A DNA stretch of 64,000 bases, taken from Clostridia bacterium. GTDB taxonomy: Bacteria > Bacillota > Clostridia > Oscillospirales > RGIG577. The notes under the pieces were generated by a model. It searched no databases, was not told where the DNA came from, and saw only the letters and a program-made list of their open reading frames with translations. Shown one piece after another: positions 46,680 through 56,498 of the stretch; positions within the stretch are counted from its first letter, which is position 1, and the number at the start of each line of letters is the position of its first letter. The translations under genes and the position numbers were made by a program. The stretch lies in the NCBI GenBank assembly GCA_017405765.1, contig JAFQZS010000007.1:9424-73423 (forward strand), read 5' to 3'.

Positions 46680-47804
46680 TCAGTATTGCAGGAACAGTTC
46701 TTCCAGCCTTTCCTGACTTACCTCACCCGTCAGGGCCAGCCGCAGCAGAATGGCCGCCTTCTGGGGAGACAGGTTGTTCGCGGCGACTGTGTTTTCGCAC
46801 AGCAGATTTCCTTTTGTGATGACGCCGTCGTCAATCCGGCTGGAAATGACGACCGGGATCTGAAGGCCTTTGATGATCTCTATCCATTCCTCGCTGAATT
46901 CGCCTGCCCCGGCTCCGGCGATCACCAGGCCGTCGGAATGCTCGGCGGCGTAGCGCAGCAGTTCAGGGTCCGCATCCACGGCAAAATAGATAATCGATAC
47001 CTTCGGAAGGGTCGTAAGCCCTGACACATCAAACTCAGAGTTTGTCGTATGTTTCTGGGACGCATGCTCATACAGATAGACCTCTCCGTCCCGAACAATG
47101 CCGATGCTGCCGGTCTCTCCGGCTGAGATAGCCATCACGCTGTAGGTGCTGGTTTTTGTCATGGAACGGGCGGCGTAGATCCGATCGGAGAAAACGATCA
47201 GTACGCCTTGTCCTGCCGCTTCATCCGAAGCGGCGACACAGACGGATTCATACAGATTCATGGGGCCGTCGGCTGAGATGGAGGTTGCGGGACGCATGGA
47301 GCCGGTCAGCACCACAGGCTTGTCTGTTTTCACCGTCAGATTCAGAAAATAAGCGGTTTCCTCCATCGTGTCGGTTCCATGGGTGATCACAAAGCCCTTT
47401 ACATCCGGATCTGCAGCCATTTCATTGATCGTATTGGCCAGCTCGATCCAAACTTCCGCTGTGATATCGTCGGAATTGACGTTGCAGATCTGGATCGCTT
47501 CAATTTCAGCGACATCTGCCAGCTGCGGCACCGCAGAAAGCAATTCTTCTGCCGTCAGAGAACCCGGTTTATACCCTGCGGTTTTTCCTGCTTCGCCAAC
47601 TCCGGCGATGGTTCCTCCCGTCGCCAGCACAACGATCTTTGGCTTGCTTTCCAGAGAATCTTCTGCCGGTCCTGAAGTTTCGCTTACTTGATCCTGTGTC
47701 TGTTCTGCCGGGGAATCGTTTTTTTCGCCGCTGTCGTTGCTGCCGCAGGCCGCGAGGGCGAAGATCATGGATAAGGCAAGGATAAGTGCGAGCAGTTTTT
47801 TCAT
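46680..47804 (-). CDS. ansB: type II L-asparaginase, lipoprotein
   Basis: 374-aa ORF with the lipobox LALSMIFALAAC|GS and the asparaginase signature VVLATGGTIAG ... ITHGTDTMEET. RBS AAGGAG. Confidence 0.88.
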   Translation of the reverse strand: MKKLLALILALSMIFALAACGSNDSGEKNDSPAEQTQDQVSETSGPAEDSLESKPKIVVLATGGTIAGVGEAGKTAGYKPGSLTAEELLSAVPQLADVAEIEAIQICNVNSDDITAEVWIELANTINEMAADPDVKGFVITHGTDTMEETAYFLNLTVKTDKPVVLTGSMRPATSISADGPMNLYESVCVAASDEAAGQGVLIVFSDRIYAARSMTKTSTYSVMAISAGETGSIGIVRDGEVYLYEHASQKHTTNSEFDVSGLTTLPKVSIIYFAVDADPELLRYAAEHSDGLVIAGAGAGEFSEEWIEIIKGLQIPVVISSRIDDGVITKGNLLCENTVAANNLSPQKAAILLRLALTGEVSQERLEELFLQY

Positions 47805-48116
47805 TTGTCATTCTCCTTTATTTATTGTTTCGCAGCGTTTTTTTGACTTCTTTGGCAAACTATTCAGGGTGATCGCTGACCGGTATGTGCGTGCTGTTCG
47901 GGAAGCAGACTGCCCGGAAAGGCGCCGCAACGTGTTCTTTATAGAACACGACCCCTGCGCCCATGGACCAGACCTTGAGCGTGATGTATTCAGCAGCTTC
48001 TACTGTTTTTTAGAGACATTACCCGGTAACGACAGCATCTGCAATATTGCCTGCTGCGAGAACCGCCGCCGCAGAACAGGCCGGGGGCACGTTTTCGTGA
48101 AAAAGGCGTCTGATGA

Positions 48117-49673
48117 TCACTCCCACTCCACTGTTCCGGGAGGCTTGGACGTAATATCGTATACCACCCTGTTTACGTGCTCCACCTCGTTCGTGAGGCG
48201 GTTCGAGATGCGCGCGAGCACGTCGTACGGTATGCGCGCCCAGTCGGCCGTCATAAAGTCGTCTGTAGTTATTGCTCTTATCGCTATAAGGTGGTCGTAC
48301 GTTCTGTGGTCGCCCATGACGCCGACGGTCTTAACGTCGGGCAGTACTGCGAAGAACTGCTTAAGCTCGCTTTCGATGCCGCTCTTTCGTATCTCATCGC
48401 GGAATACGGCGTCGGCCTCCTGCAGCACCTTTATCTTCTCCTTTGTTATCTCGCCTATAATGCGAACGCCTAGCCCCGGCCCCGGGAACGGCTGGCGCCA
48501 TACGAGCTCGCGCGGGATGCCCAGCTTTTCGCCCACGGCGCGCACCTCATCCTTAAAGAGATCGCCTAGCGGCTCAATAGTGCCGTCGAATTTTATATCG
48601 GCAGGCTTCTCAACCATATTGTGATGCGTCTTTATCGTCGCGGTGCTGCCTTTTCCGGCCTCGTTGCCCTTGCCGCTCTCTATTCGGTCGGGATATATCG
48701 TACCCTGCGCGAAAAATCCGCCGTCCGCCTCCTCGCGCACCTTGTCCCAGAACACCTTGTAAAACTCACGGCCTATGATCTTTCGCTTTTCCTCGGGATC
48801 GGTGACGCCCTTCAGCTTCTCAAGAAACTGCTCCTCACAATTAACGCGCACGAATTTCATGTCGAACAGCTTCGTAAAGGTGTTTTCTACAAAATCGCCC
48901 TCGTCCTTTCGCATAAGTCCCTGATCGACGAATACGCACGTGAGCTGACTGCCCACGGCACGGCTTAAAAGCCCCGCTGCAACGGACGAATCGACGCCGC
49001 CCGAAAGTCCAAGCACTACCTTGCGGCTGCCTATCTGCGCGCGCAGCTTTTCGACCGTTGTTTCTATGAAATCGTCCATCACCCAGTCGCCTCGGCATTC
49101 GCATACGTTATAGAGGAAGTTGCGAAGTATCTCCTTACCGTATTCGCTGTGCGTGACCTCGGGATGGAACTGCACGGAATAGAGTTTTTTCTCCTCATTC
49201 TCAAAAGCCGCCGTGGGGCAGTCCGCCGAATGGGCCGACGCCTTAAAGCCCTCGGGCAGGCGGCTTACGTAATCGGTATGGCTCATCCATACGATGCTGT
49301 GAGCGGGTATCCCCCGAAACAGCAGGCTTTCCCTGTCGTCTACCGTCACGTCTATCTTGCCGTATTCGCTCTTTTCGCAGGCCGAGACCTCGCCGCCGAG
49401 CGTGTACGCCATAAGCTGGCAGCCGTAGCATATGCCAAGGATCGGCACTCCCAGCTCGAATATCTCCTTCGAGATGTGCGGCGACGAGGGGTCGTAAACG
49501 CTGTTCGGACCGCCCGTGAATATTATGCCCTTGGGGGAAAGGGCGCGTATCTCCTCAATAGGAGTTTTATAGCTTTTTATCTCGCAGTAAACGCTGTTTT
49601 CTCTTACGCGGCGCGCAATTAGCTGATTATACTGCCCGCCGAAATCGAGAACTATCACAAGCTCGTGCTTCAT
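48117..49673 (-). CDS. guaA: GMP synthase (glutamine-hydrolysing)
   Basis: 518-aa ORF with an N-terminal GATase domain (GICYGCQL), the ATP-pyrophosphatase P-loop [11 protein letters not shown], and the C-terminus KPPGTVEWE. Confidence 0.97.
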   Translation of the reverse strand: MKHELVIVLDFGGQYNQLIARRVRENSVYCEIKSYKTPIEEIRALSPKGIIFTGGPNSVYDPSSPHISKEIFELGVPILGICYGCQLMAYTLGGEVSACEKSEYGKIDVTVDDRESLLFRGIPAHSIVWMSHTDYVSRLPEGFKASAHSADCPTAAFENEEKKLYSVQFHPEVTHSEYGKEILRNFLYNVCECRGDWVMDDFIETTVEKLRAQIGSRKVVLGLSGGVDSSVAAGLLSRAVGSQLTCVFVDQGLMRKDEGDFVENTFTKLFDMKFVRVNCEEQFLEKLKGVTDPEEKRKIIGREFYKVFWDKVREEADGGFFAQGTIYPDRIESGKGNEAGKGSTATIKTHHNMVEKPADIKFDGTIEPLGDLFKDEVRAVGEKLGIPRELVWRQPFPGPGLGVRIIGEITKEKIKVLQEADAVFRDEIRKSGIESELKQFFAVLPDVKTVGVMGDHRTYDHLIAIRAITTDDFMTADWARIPYDVLARISNRLTNEVEHVNRVVYDITSKPPGTVEWE

Positions 49674-49693
49674 TTTGATCTCTCCTCTTCCCT

Positions 49694-50452
49694 TTATATC
49701 CTTACGGGCACGCCCGCTTCGTTCAAATATCGCTTTAGATCCATTATCTCCATCTCTTTGTAGTGAAACAGCGATGCGGCAAGCGCCGCGTCCGCTTTCG
49801 CGTCTGTTAAAGCCTCTTTAAAATGTTCCATCGTGCCGGCGCCGCCGGAGGCTATGACGGGAATGCTGACCGTTTCGGCGATCTCGCGCGTAAGCTCGAT
49901 ATCGTATCCCGCCTTCGTGCCGTCGCAGTCCATACTCGTAAGCAGTATCTCTCCCGCGCCGAGCTCGCAGGCGCGCTTCGCCCACTTTACGGCGTCTATG
50001 CCCGTATTCGTGCGGCCGCCGTGAACGTAAACGTCCCAGCCGCCCGCATCGCGCCGCTTTGCGTCTATCGCAACGACGACGCACTGGCTGCCGAAAATGC
50101 GCGCCGCGTCCGTTATGAGCTGCGGGTTCTTAACGGCCGTAGAGTTTATCGATATCTTGTCCGCTCCTTCTCTTAAAATATCGCGAAAATCCTCGACCGT
50201 GCGTATGCCGCCGCCCACGGTGAACGGTATGAACACCGTTTCGGCCACTCGTCGCACCATATCGAGCACTATCGAACGATTATCGCTTGAAGCCGTAATG
50301 TCGAGGAACACCAGCTCGTCCGCGCCCGCCTTGTCGTAGGCCGCGCCTATGAGCACGGGGTCGCCCGCATCTGTAAGATTAACGAAATTCACGCCCTTGA
50401 CGACGCGCCCGGCGTGTACGTCAAGGCACGGTATGATACGTTTCGCGTGCAT
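49694..50452 (-). CDS. hisF: imidazole glycerol phosphate synthase cyclase subunit
   Basis: ORF 49694-50482. KRIIPCLDV ... [11 protein letters not shown] ... PFTVGGGIR ... ASGGAG matches HisF. The ATG at 50452 follows AAAGGGGGA, just after the hisH stop. Confidence 0.92.
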   Translation of the reverse strand: MHAKRIIPCLDVHAGRVVKGVNFVNLTDAGDPVLIGAAYDKAGADELVFLDITASSDNRSIVLDMVRRVAETVFIPFTVGGGIRTVEDFRDILREGADKISINSTAVKNPQLITDAARIFGSQCVVVAIDAKRRDAGGWDVYVHGGRTNTGIDAVKWAKRACELGAGEILLTSMDCDGTKAGYDIELTREIAETVSIPVIASGGAGTMEHFKEALTDAKADAALAASLFHYKEMEIMDLKRYLNEAGVPVRI

Positions 50453-50453
50453 A

Positions 50454-51074
50454 TCAAAGTTCCCCCTTTTTAAGTCCAGCAAAGTTCTTAAGCATCATAA
50501 GCCCCACGTCGGAGCTTTTCTCCGGATGGAACTGCACGGCAAAGACGTTCTTTCTCCACGCGCCCACTTTGAGCGTATCCGTATATTCCGTGCGCGCGCA
50601 TACGACCCCGTCGTCCTCCGCGTCGGGATAATACGAATGAACGAAATATACGTACGGCTCGCCCGAAAGCCCCGAAAAAAGAGGGCAGGCGTCGTTTATC
50701 TTTATCGAATTCCATCCCATATGCGGTATCTTAAAGCCCGCCTTCGGCGGTATCTTTACCACCCTGCCGCGAAATACTCCGAGACCTTTTGCGCCCGGCG
50801 ACTCCTCGCTCTCCTCAAAGAGGAGCTGAAGTCCGAGGCAGATGCCCAAAAACGGCACGCCCGCATCTATCGCTTTATGTATCACAGGCGGCAGTCCCGC
50901 CGCGTTCAGCTTGTTCATGGCCTCTCCGAACGAGCCCACGCCCGGCAGGATCACGTGCGAAGCCGAAAGTATCTTTTCGGGATCGCTCGTAATTTCAGAC
51001 TCGAAGCCCAAATATGAAAACGCCTTCTGTACGCTCTTTAAGTTTCCGGCGCCGTAATCAATTATCGCTATCAT
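50454..51074 (-). CDS. hisH: imidazole glycerol phosphate synthase glutaminase subunit
   Basis: ORF 50454-51182. [15 protein letters not shown] ... LPGVGSF ... GICLGLQLL ... PHMGWN matches HisH. Start at ATG 51074. Confidence 0.9.
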   Translation of the reverse strand: MIAIIDYGAGNLKSVQKAFSYLGFESEITSDPEKILSASHVILPGVGSFGEAMNKLNAAGLPPVIHKAIDAGVPFLGICLGLQLLFEESEESPGAKGLGVFRGRVVKIPPKAGFKIPHMGWNSIKINDACPLFSGLSGEPYVYFVHSYYPDAEDDGVVCARTEYTDTLKVGAWRKNVFAVQFHPEKSSDVGLMMLKNFAGLKKGEL

Positions 51075-51178
51075 ACGTTCTCCATTCAAATTAAGATTTA
51101 TATTATATTGTATCATATATCGACACATTTTGCAAAAACGGACGCCTCCAGCGTTTCCTCTGTGAAGACTGTCGGCCG

Positions 51179-51871
51179 TCAAGCGCCTTTCTTTTTCAAA
51201 GAGCGCTCCCGTTGACTGAGGTTGCGTCTTTTTTTCGTAAATCCCAAATACAGCGAAAGTAGCGTCAGGCTTATCAGTATCCCTCCGATTATATCGCTAA
51301 ACCAATGAACGCCCGAAAGCAGTCTTCCTATCACGGTTATTGCAATGATAACGACGCAGACGATCTTAAGTACGCCGCACAGCGGCTTTCTTTTAAAGTG
51401 CCTTCCGACAAACGCCGCGGCGCTGCCCATGACGACGCAGACAAGCATCGTATGCGAGGACGGGAACGACGCCTCCGGATGCAGGGCGTCCGGCATGATT
51501 ATGGGTCTGTAATTAACGATCACGGCTTCAAACAGGATATAGACGCATATCACCAAAACGTAAAGTCCGTAAAGAGCAAGAAGGTCCTTGTTGATTTTGG
51601 CGACACTCTTTTTTTTGATGAACTGAAGTACTCCCGCCAATACGAAAAGAAGCGCAATCAAGATAGCTAAAACGCCAAGCCCCTGTGTGACTTTGTACCA
51701 CGTCATGTTTACTCCGAGCGAATCAAAGATATACTGATTCAAGTGCGACAGTCCTATGCTCGTATTCTCCGGACCGATCGCCTGCACGTCAACGGCGCGA
51801 ACAAGAATTATCCATATTACCGTGAGTACGCCGAAGACGACCGCCGCAATATACCTGCCTTTGTTTTTCAT
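51179..51871 (-). CDS. PAP2 family membrane phosphatase
   Basis: 230-aa ORF, multi-TM, with the acid-phosphatase motifs SFPSSHT and SGVHWFSD. Confidence 0.8.
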   Translation of the reverse strand: MKNKGRYIAAVVFGVLTVIWIILVRAVDVQAIGPENTSIGLSHLNQYIFDSLGVNMTWYKVTQGLGVLAILIALLFVLAGVLQFIKKKSVAKINKDLLALYGLYVLVICVYILFEAVIVNYRPIIMPDALHPEASFPSSHTMLVCVVMGSAAAFVGRHFKRKPLCGVLKIVCVVIIAITVIGRLLSGVHWFSDIIGGILISLTLLSLYLGFTKKRRNLSQRERSLKKKGA

Positions 51872-52162
51872 AAGAATTATCCTTTCAAAAATTATTTTCC
51901 AAAAAACCGTATTCGTCCCAAATCAGATCTATTTAGTTCCCCTTCGAACTATGCAGGGACAAACGTCCGCGCGTCCTTTGAAGGCTCAGATAAGATCTGC
52001 CGCTTTGCCGTATGGGGCGAAGCGCGCCGCGTATTTTATCATACACGTATTATTGTAAATCATTTGGCCGTCATTTTCAAACCCCTGCGGAAATCAAACA
52101 GAGAAACCGAGGCGGCTTTTTTAAGCCTCCTCGGTCTGTTTGTTTTTTTGGGGGACTTTTGC

Positions 52163-52717
52163 TTAAAGCGCCGCCTGCTGCACGTCCCTCTCTGCCTTTT
52201 TGAGTTCCTCCAGCGTCAGTCCTTCCAGCGAATTGATCCATCCTCTTTTCGGCACACTTTTCCCCCCGATGTATGTATAGCCAAAACAAGACCCGGATTA
52301 CACAAACGTCTTGACACTGCGCAGGGGATAAAAGGATCCGCACCTTCTTTGTGCAGTCGCTGCAAACCATATTCCCATCCTTGAGCGTAATATCCTTCCG
52401 GCCAGCGAAGATACCCTCGGTCTCACGGGCAGCATCACATCAAAATCGCGGCGCCGCTGCCGGCGATAAAACCATATTCAATGGGCTGCGCCGCCGATCG
52501 GTCATAGGGCTCCATGTCATTGAGCTCCTGATCGTCCAACCGGCGAGAAATTTTGACCGCCGTCCCCTCCGGTGATATGCCTGCTCCTTTGCCTCCGCGA
52601 TCCCGATCACCTCGCCGCAGCTTGCGCAGCGGTAGGTCTGCCAGATGATGTCAAAGCCTGCGGGAGCGCCGCATTTTTTGCAATAAACGAGAAGAGGAGT
52701 ACTCTTTCTTCTGTCAT
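52163..52717 (-). pseudogene. degraded zinc-ribbon protein gene (multiple frame changes)
   Basis: The minus-strand ATG at 52717-52715 gives MTEE.., then meaning continues in another frame (..STPLLVYCKKCGAPAGFDIIWQTYRCASCGEVIG..). It changes frame again (..RLDDQELNDMEPYDRSAAQPIEYGFIAGSGAAILM), again (..KDITLKDGNMVCSDCTKKV..) and again (..VPKRGWINSLEGLTLEELKKAE..QQAAL stop at 52165-52163). No single frame is open. Confidence 0.45.
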
Positions 52718-52754
52718 GGCGTGTTTTACCTCTTTTCCGTCAACCGGATAGGGA

Positions 52755-55700
52755 TCAGCCCACGGTCTTGGAGAAGAGGTCGGTAAGCGGCGTAAAGGTC
52801 GTCTTATCCAGGACGAAAACGGAAATGCGCTTCGCGCCAAGGCCCAGCTCTGTCTCAAATTTGCCGGTTTTGTCAGGTGTGGTGATGATGACGCGCAGCA
52901 GCTTGCCGCTCTGATCATAGGCGGCAATGCAGAGCCGGACGTCGGCGGCGTCGCCGCTGTATTCGGTCAGGCTGATTTGCAGCGTGCCGTCCTCATAGCT
53001 CACTTCTCCCACCTCGGGGAAGGGCGGCATATAATCCTCATAGGGCAGGGCCTCCGTTCGAGTCTCCCCGCAGATCGAGCAGGTGTAGGTCATTATACCG
53101 TCCGTGCTTCGTGTGGGGATCTTCGTGGCGGTCCCCTCGTCCCAGTCATGGGGGAACCACATGCTCTCGCCGCAGTCAATGCAGACGGCGGAGTGGGTAT
53201 TCGGACCGTCGGATGTCCAATCGCAGAAGTCATGGATATGCTCAATGGGTTCGCTTGGGTCGCCCTGCGCCGGCATCACATTGAAGGTGATCTCAACGTC
53301 GCAGCTGTTGTGCTTTTCCCCGGTGTCGGCGTCGACGATAGCATAGCGGAGCGTAGCCTTGTAGACCCCAGGATCTGCAAAGACCTGTCCGCAGAAGCCG
53401 TCGTGCAGGAATTTGAGCCCATACGGGAGGGAGCCTTTCGCCAATTCCACGCTGCCGATCTCGTGCGTATGACCCAGCACCGAAGAATGCGCAGAGGGAC
53501 AGATGAACCTGCTGACCCTGAACTGTCCGTTCAGCGGGCTGTAAAGGCCCTGATAGACCGTAAACGAAGTCTGATTGAGGACGACCGTATCGTCCTCTTC
53601 GACATAATCGCCTCGGCCCTCGTATTTGTGGGTGTCCACGAGCAAAGCTTCCTTGCCGTCCGCAGAAACGAGCGCAACGTCCATGTAACTGCCGTCCATG
53701 TTCCAGGTCATCGTTTCGTCGAATGTCGCCCCGTACTTTGCTTCAACAGTTATGGTGTAGTACGACTCCGCAGTGATATGTCCCCCGGCGTCCAGGTTGG
53801 CCCACTCGACGTCGGTCACTCCGACCCGTATATCGTTCGTCCGTATCGTGCTTGCCTCAGGCGGCAGATCACCCACATAGCGGTCCTTCATGCCTGTCAG
53901 CGAGACGTCATAGACCCAGCCGGCTGACTCCAAAACATCTAGATCTACTTTGCCGCTTCCGAACGGCATATCCTCCAGACCGCACCTGCACTCGTACATG
54001 CCGGCATCTGTCTTGGTAACGTTTTTTATCCTTAATCCCAGGCCGCCGCCCCAGTAGGCAACCGCCTCGTAATGCGTTCCGTCCATCGTCAGCTTTTCGC
54101 CGTCCTTATACCAGGCATACATGCCCGCCTGCCCGTAGTCCCAGCCGTAAAAGGGCTGCCCTCTGTCTTCCTGGCCGTTATGCCAAAGAACGATCTCCGT
54201 ATCGTAGCCCTGGACCGCAAACTGGTCATTCGTTTGGTCGTACCCCAACTCAAAGGCCGGCATATAGGCCACTTCCGCCTCATTCGTAGGTATATAGGTG
54301 TAGGTATCGTGAACAGCGCTGTAATAATACGGATTTGTAAACTGGCAGCGGTACGTCGCCTCATATTCCACCGGCACGGTCAGCGTGGCCTTGCCGTTTT
54401 GGAAGGTCGTGGGCTTAAGCTTTCTGTAATAGGGCGCGGTCATCTCCCAGTAAGCGTCCGTCGCGTTTGCGGCCTCCGCCGTGAGTGTCACCTGTCCGCC
54501 CTTGCGGCCCGCCACATACCTTACCGTGTCCGGCTGCTTTGTGATCGTGATCGGCCGGTGACTTGTAGCGTTGAAAAGATTGCAGCATACCGTCCTGGGC
54601 TCGTAGCGGCAGGCGCCCTCGTACTGCTCGATGACCGTCGCGAAGACGGCATAGGTCTTGCCCTCTTCGAATTGTTCCGACAGGCCCGGCATCACTTCGC
54701 AAAGATCCACCGCGGCATTGACCGGAGCGTTGCAGTGACCGAGCACCGTCATGGTCTCGAACTCATATACGTCATAGAAACACCAGACGTACACCTCTTT
54801 GTTCCGGGCCTCGGCGGCCTCCCCGAAAAGCGGCGTATAATTGGTCTTCACAACGACGCTGTCGGTATTGAGTGTCGGTTGGAAATGCCCGGGGTCGGCC
54901 ATAAAATCGATATCCGCCTCGTGCGACACCGGCTTGACCATCATGAAGGTCTCCTGACCGGGGGACACAAGCGCATTCCAGAGATCGAAGCCATCCCCCT
55001 TGACGATGCTGTTGGGCACCATCCAATGGCGTGGCGGATTGGGGTCCATGAAAGATACGCTCACCTGATCGTAGTTGAAATCCTCCTTGCCGAAACCAAG
55101 GGCGCCTGCCTTCCCATAGTGATAGACGTAGGGATAGCCTTCAATACCCGTGCTGCGGCCTTCGTAAACGACGTCGTTCGCGTGGATGCAGAAAACGCCG
55201 GAAAAGATGGTAAGCTCCGCATCCTGCAACACGCTGAGACAGTCGGCGCCTCCCCGGGCATCCAGGTTGGCCTCTACGATCTGAACAGTCCCACGGCCTG
55301 CCCAAATGACCTCACGATACTCGCCCCTGCCCAGGAGCACGCCGCCGTTTAGCCTCAGAGCGCCGGAACGCACAATGATCGCGTCGCCGTTCACGGATTT
55401 GGTTACGTTGCCCGTGTAGGACTTGTTCTGATTGATCCAGTGTTCGTTGAGTCCGTGCGTCTCCCGAGGGTGGGCGTTGGTGATCCACTGCTTTTTGGAG
55501 CGGCCCGCCTCCAGAGTGCCCCCATTGATCGTCAGGTTTCCGCCGTTCACCTCAAAGAGGTGGCGGGTCATGTCGGTGGCGAAATAATAGATCTCGTTGC
55601 TGTAGTCCTCCACGTCGAAAATATAGCCCTCATAGTGGATGTAGCCCGCCTGGCCGGTGGAATCGTTGATGGTGAGGGACGTCCCCTCGTCGATGCGGAA

Positions 55701-56156
55701 CATGGTGGACGTGCCTTCGTATATATTGGGATAGTCTACGACGATAGAAAACCCGTTCAGATCCACCTTTTTCGTGCCGCTGCCGACGATCAGCCAGTAG
55801 GGCAGCTTGTAACCGTAATCGTCATTGCGCTCTCCCGTCGGACAGGCGACCACTTCCCCACTCGGGTCGTAGTATTTCGGGATCGAGTGTTCGATGGCCA
55901 TGAACCATGGGAACAGGATCTCCGCCCATAAGGGCAGGTCGCCTCCCCAGGACTGGACCCAGCCGTGCTGCTCGAAGAGATGGGTGGTCAGCCGGATATC
56001 CACGTCCCCGTCCTGCGTCATGAGCTGCTTGAAGGTCTCCATATCCGAAACCTCCACAGTGCCTGCGGCGGCGGCCATCGGCGCGGTCAGGGCAGGCAGC
56101 AGCCCCAAGAGCAGGCAGAAAGACAGCAGCAGAGAAAACGCTCTTTTTCCTTTCAT
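52755..56156 (-). CDS. large secreted protein (Ig-like segments, Cys/His motif, shared C-terminal module)
   Basis: ORF 52755-56165 (1136 aa). The ATG at 56156 gives MKGKRAFSLLLSFCLLLGLLPALTAPMAAAAG, a signal peptide. It has Ig-fold-like D.G.Y.C motifs (ATYRCQF, DAGMYECRC) and an H/C-rich segment near the C-terminus. The final ~75 aa match the shared module. GC is markedly higher than in the pyr/thi genes. Confidence 0.8.
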   Translation of the reverse strand: MKGKRAFSLLLSFCLLLGLLPALTAPMAAAAGTVEVSDMETFKQLMTQDGDVDIRLTTHLFEQHGWVQSWGGDLPLWAEILFPWFMAIEHSIPKYYDPSGEVVACPTGERNDDYGYKLPYWLIVGSGTKKVDLNGFSIVVDYPNIYEGTSTMFRIDEGTSLTINDSTGQAGYIHYEGYIFDVEDYSNEIYYFATDMTRHLFEVNGGNLTINGGTLEAGRSKKQWITNAHPRETHGLNEHWINQNKSYTGNVTKSVNGDAIIVRSGALRLNGGVLLGRGEYREVIWAGRGTVQIVEANLDARGGADCLSVLQDAELTIFSGVFCIHANDVVYEGRSTGIEGYPYVYHYGKAGALGFGKEDFNYDQVSVSFMDPNPPRHWMVPNSIVKGDGFDLWNALVSPGQETFMMVKPVSHEADIDFMADPGHFQPTLNTDSVVVKTNYTPLFGEAAEARNKEVYVWCFYDVYEFETMTVLGHCNAPVNAAVDLCEVMPGLSEQFEEGKTYAVFATVIEQYEGACRYEPRTVCCNLFNATSHRPITITKQPDTVRYVAGRKGGQVTLTAEAANATDAYWEMTAPYYRKLKPTTFQNGKATLTVPVEYEATYRCQFTNPYYYSAVHDTYTYIPTNEAEVAYMPAFELGYDQTNDQFAVQGYDTEIVLWHNGQEDRGQPFYGWDYGQAGMYAWYKDGEKLTMDGTHYEAVAYWGGGLGLRIKNVTKTDAGMYECRCGLEDMPFGSGKVDLDVLESAGWVYDVSLTGMKDRYVGDLPPEASTIRTNDIRVGVTDVEWANLDAGGHITAESYYTITVEAKYGATFDETMTWNMDGSYMDVALVSADGKEALLVDTHKYEGRGDYVEEDDTVVLNQTSFTVYQGLYSPLNGQFRVSRFICPSAHSSVLGHTHEIGSVELAKGSLPYGLKFLHDGFCGQVFADPGVYKATLRYAIVDADTGEKHNSCDVEITFNVMPAQGDPSEPIEHIHDFCDWTSDGPNTHSAVCIDCGESMWFPHDWDEGTATKIPTRSTDGIMTYTCSICGETRTEALPYEDYMPPFPEVGEVSYEDGTLQISLTEYSGDAADVRLCIAAYDQSGKLLRVIITTPDKTGKFETELGLGAKRISVFVLDKTTFTPLTDLFSKTVG

Positions 56157-56498
56157 TTGCGACACAACCTTTCAAATTGATTCCAAGGTATCCGCAAGAT
56201 ACCCCCACTGCTTTAGGATCGAGGCGTGGAGAAAGCCGTCTATGAGGCGCGTCTTACGCAGTTTCTTGACGCCTTTTGTCTGCTCCGGAGATATCTGTTC
56301 GTCCGGAAACAGCACGATCCGGCTCTTTGGCAGCTTGCTGTATCGAAGCATAAACGCTGCCCCTCCGATTTTTCTACATATTGCAATTATACTCTATCCT
56401 ATATGCGTTTTCAATGTACGGATAAGTTTATTCCTGTTGCGTTTCAAAATGATCTGTTTTTTATATCCCGCTGTCACATTTGTTTTGCGGTCCTGTGT

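Noticed and set aside
54072-55352. 426-aa plus-strand ORF, and others at 52977-53927 and 55440-55931, inside the 1136-aa gene
   Set aside because: High GC suppresses stop codons on the antisense strand. The peptides are R/G/V/H-rich with no motifs, whereas the minus-strand frame has a signal peptide and domain structure.
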